Shown in pieces: positions 60,669 to 64,000 of a stretch of 64,000 nucleotides of DNA. Both the position numbers and the translations under genes were made by a program. The first letter of the stretch is position 1. Each line of letters begins with the position of its first letter. The notes under the pieces are model-generated. The model saw only the letters and a program-made list of their open reading frames with translations, did not search any database and was not told the origin of the DNA. Source of the DNA: Schmidtea polychroa (lineage: Eukaryota); the NCBI GenBank assembly GCA_044892525.1, contig CM097885.1, positions 252,836,001 to 252,900,000 on the forward strand, read 5' to 3'.

Positions 60669-62889
60669 CTGTGTTTCTCAACGTGAGGCGTAGGAAATGT
60701 TCAGAGGGCAATGGAAAAAAGGACTTTTCCAGTCTAAATTTAACCACATAGTCGAATCTCCAGGAAACGTCCATAATGAAGTGCAAATAAATTTTAACAG
60801 CTCATCATCCAAAATCGTTCGTTGGAATGCATTCGGAAAACTAGGATTTCCATATTTATCAGTTGCTTGCATCGTTCTGTCAATTTGCGTTACCTTTAAT
60901 TTGAAATAAAACTAGTGCTGTGTTTATAAAAGAAGTAATGTGCTTAATTGAAATAAAAGCAGTTGTGCGAATTTATCGTTGTTTTAATGTAAGTGATATT
61001 TAAATATAATTGTAAATATAATTGGTTTAATTAATTCTTTAGAATTTAGATGCCTCATAGAAAAATTAAGAAATATTCTAAAATTCATTTTTTAGCCCAT
61101 GAGTAGTGCAAGCAAGAAATAAAATTCGGCAGTACTCGAAAAAGTATTTAAAATTTGATTTCATACCTGCTGTCTTACCTTTTTGTCTATTATGTCAACA
61201 ATGTTTGAGCAATGAATCAATGAAACCAGGTCGTCTTGAAGCACATTTGAAGGTAAAACATAAAGATCAAATTAATTCAAATTTGAATTATTTTCAAATT
61301 TTAAAGAAAAATTATGAAAAAAGAGCAACTTTAAAGTCTCTCTTTACTGCTCATCTTGAGGCTAGCTATCAAATTTCTTTACCCATCGCTAAATCTGGGA
61401 AAGATTATACAATAGGAGAACAATTAATCAAGCCTTCAATATCAGCATTTGTTAAAACTGTTTAGGGAAAAGATGACCAAGACGTGAAAACCATGCCACT
61501 AAGTAACATAACTGTCAGCAGAAGAATTGACGAAATGAGTAAAGATGTTAAAATAGTACTTATCGAAAAATTAAAAACAATACTTTTTCGGTGCTAATGG
61601 ACGAATCAACATTGAGTGACAGCGAAGCAGTAAGATACATTGATAATAATGATTTTGTTGAAGAAATGTTATTTTGCAAATCATTAAAAAGCAGCACTAC
61701 CGCTAAAGATATATATATATATAGTACTCTAAAAAGTTACTTAGATGAGAATAAAATACCGATGAAAAATACAACGGAGCTGCTGATGGTGCTCCGAATA
61801 TGATGGGCAAAAATATGGTTGCTTCAAACTGATGAAGATGAAAATCAAGACATGCTTCTTGTGCACTGTGTTATTCACAGGGAAAACTTGTTAGCTAAAA
61901 ACCTTTCTCCTGTTCTAAATAAAATAATGAATTTGGTTGTAAAATGCATTAATTCTATACTAACTGTTAACGATCGATTCTAAGGCATATTTGAGTTATT
62001 TAACCGATATTTTTGAAAAAGTAAATATATTAAATAAAGAACTTCAAGGAAAAAGTAAAACTCTTGTCGATGAAAAAGCGAAGATATTTGGTTTTATTAC
62101 ATCTATTGAATTATTTGAAAAAGACGTTTACCAAAAAAAATTTGAAAAGTTTCATTGGCTTCAAAAATGTGAAGTAACTGATATCACTATACTTAATATT
62201 GTCGAGCATCTATAAAACTTACCAGCTGATTTAAAAGGAAGATTTTCCGATTTGAAAGAAATCGATTTTCCAACTTGGGTGATGCAGCCAATGTTAGTTA
62301 ATTTATCTCATATTTCAAATATGCCAAGAAGAATTAGCAGAAATACATAGTGACGAGTCAGTTAAAACTTTATTTAATATGAAAGGATCGATGGCATGGT
62401 TTTTTGAACAGACCAAAATGAAATATGCAAGCACAACAGAATGTGCAAGAAAACTATTATTACCGTTTCCTTCTTCATATTTAGCTGAATGCGGATTTAG
62501 TTCCATAACTGATTTGTTACTTAAAAAAGAAATCGTTTGGATATAACACAACGGGGAGATCTAAGAATGAAGCTAACAAAATTTGAGCCCAATAAAAAAT
62601 CTCTTTGTAACCAGCATCAAGCACAAGGATCTCACTAAATTTCATTTATTAAAAACTTGAATATATGTTATATTTTATTTTATTTACTTATATATTGCTT
62701 ACTATATTTTGTTTACTTGAATTTCTTTGTTTAATAAATCACTTTTTGTGATTTCTTCCTGCAGTATATCATTCATGCTACTTATGAAAATTTTGTAATA
62801 TTAAATATTATTCATATGTAACATGGGGGACATTTTAAGTTTTTATGAGCTTCGGTGGGGCATGACACTAAAAAGGATGGGAAACACTG
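60669..62889 (+). mobile_element. Degenerate hAT Charlie/Buster (ZBED5/ZBED8-like) transposon (2221 bp)
   Basis: TIR CTGTGTTTCTCAAC / GATGGGAAACACTG; flanks ATCTAGGG / ATCTCGGG (7/8). Relic peptides CLLCQQCLSNESMKPGRLEAHL, PLSNITVSRRIDEM, MDEST and AECGFS...RGDLRMKLTKFEP; many stops and deletions. Confidence 0.9.
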
Positions 62890-63231
62890 ATCTCGGGTAT
62901 CTCCCAATAGTTAGTTTACTGTCATAATAAAATTTTATAAAAACATACTACTGATAACCCATAATCCCAAATTATATAATAAAGTAATTCAAAGTTAGTG
63001 AAATAATTCGAAAAGTTTTGACAGTATATTTACTCTCAAAAATAAACTAATTATAAAATTGCAAAGTTCTGAATCATTTAATAATGATAAACCTATTCTT
63101 TAAAGAAGCCAAATTGGATTATTGTAAACTACAGAGTTGGCATTCAAGGAGATTTCTTATCAAAATATTTCATCAATCAAATAAAGGTCTAGGAAATTAA
63201 TTTTCTTAAATAACTTTCCCAAAACTAATTA

Positions 63232-63233
<2 letters not shown>

Positions 63234-63284
<51 letters not shown>
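63234..63284. repeat. (ATT)n microsatellite
   Basis: Direct reading. Confidence 0.97.
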
Positions 63285-63289
<5 letters not shown>

Positions 63290-63520
63290 TTATTATTTGT
63301 ATTATGAAGAATGTAATAAATTTCATTTTGATAAATTTCATTTGATTATTTGATAAATTCAAAACAATTGATGTTATAGACAAAACAAATTGTTTACTTG
63401 GATTTCTAATTTTGTTTTCTCAACTTATTCAAAATAAACATTTTTTTTGATTTTGTTTATTTGTATTCAAAATAAAGTTATTTGGTAAAATTTCAAAAAG
63501 TAGAAAAATAGTTGTGTAAC

Positions 63521-63644
63521 CTTGCCTGATGAGCCTGAAAGGTCGATTTGTTTTGAAAAGTGCTGCTGGCCGAAAATCTGTCATCTGGTAGGTCAGTGAT
63601 TTCCATTAGAGAGGTCCAGCAATTATTTTTAGAAGATCGTACGA
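63521..63644 (-). CDS. DDR: DDR-like gene: first discoidin-domain exon
   Basis: TATTTTAG| acceptor (phase 1) and AG|GTTACA donor (phase 2). NNCWTSLMEITDLPDDRFSASSTFQNKSTFQAHQAR matches the C-x3-L-G-M...I-x-D...SASS...A-x-x-x-R start of discoidin domains. Missed by the ORF track. Confidence 0.8.
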
Positions 63645-64000
63645 CTAAAATAGTAATTATATTATTATTTAAGAAGACAAAATAATTTATTAATAATTAA
63701 TTTTATATTTTTTATCATTGATTATTTATTATTATTGTTTATTTATAATTAATTATTTTTTATTGATGTTTTTTTCGAAATAAAATATAATAAAATCTTT
63801 AAATACTCTATTTTTATTTGTAAAATTAACCAAAGCATCCCAAAGAATGAAGCTTAATGATAAGCATTTGTCATCCTTAATAAAGGTGGGAAGTTCAGAC
63901 ATGATTTCAACAATTTAAAATATTTGTAATTATTAATTGGTAAAACATTAAAAAATTATAAATTATAAATTATTTTAACTAGACAAAATATTGGAAAAAA

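Overview
AT-rich, gap-riddled eukaryotic (animal) genomic DNA. There are no prokaryotic features, no CRISPR array, and no rRNA or tRNA genes that I can support. The AT content, (AAT)n/(AT)n microsatellites and the TE mix suggest an invertebrate such as a planarian flatworm, but that is inference. The host gene is a discoidin-domain-receptor (DDR)-like type I membrane protein on the minus strand. I reconstructed seven phase-compatible exon blocks by hand (63521-63644, 30741-30827, 30305-30453, 24722-24988, 22253-22528, 17700-17864, and probably 1-173), and the gene runs off both ends of the window. Its introns hold many mobile elements. (1) A young Ty3/gypsy LTR element (2525-7110) with non-canonical TAT...ATA LTR ends, a 5-bp TSD, a tRNA-Leu PBS, a four-knuckle Gag and a textbook -1 frameshift signal, nested in the LTR of an older gypsy. 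(2) A decayed Polinton/Maverick-type DNA polymerase B, split by a full-length Tigger/pogo transposon. (3) A 3.9-kb non-coding element with long modular TIRs, an AGTAG terminus and a 6-bp TSD, which is a candidate non-autonomous Polinton. (4) An apparently intact 2.8-kb hAT-like (hATm-type) transposon. (5) Relics or MITEs of piggyBac, Merlin, Charlie/Buster and other hAT and pogo families. There is also an actin pseudogene fragment. All alignments were done by eye. ORF-track entries containing X are artefacts of N runs.
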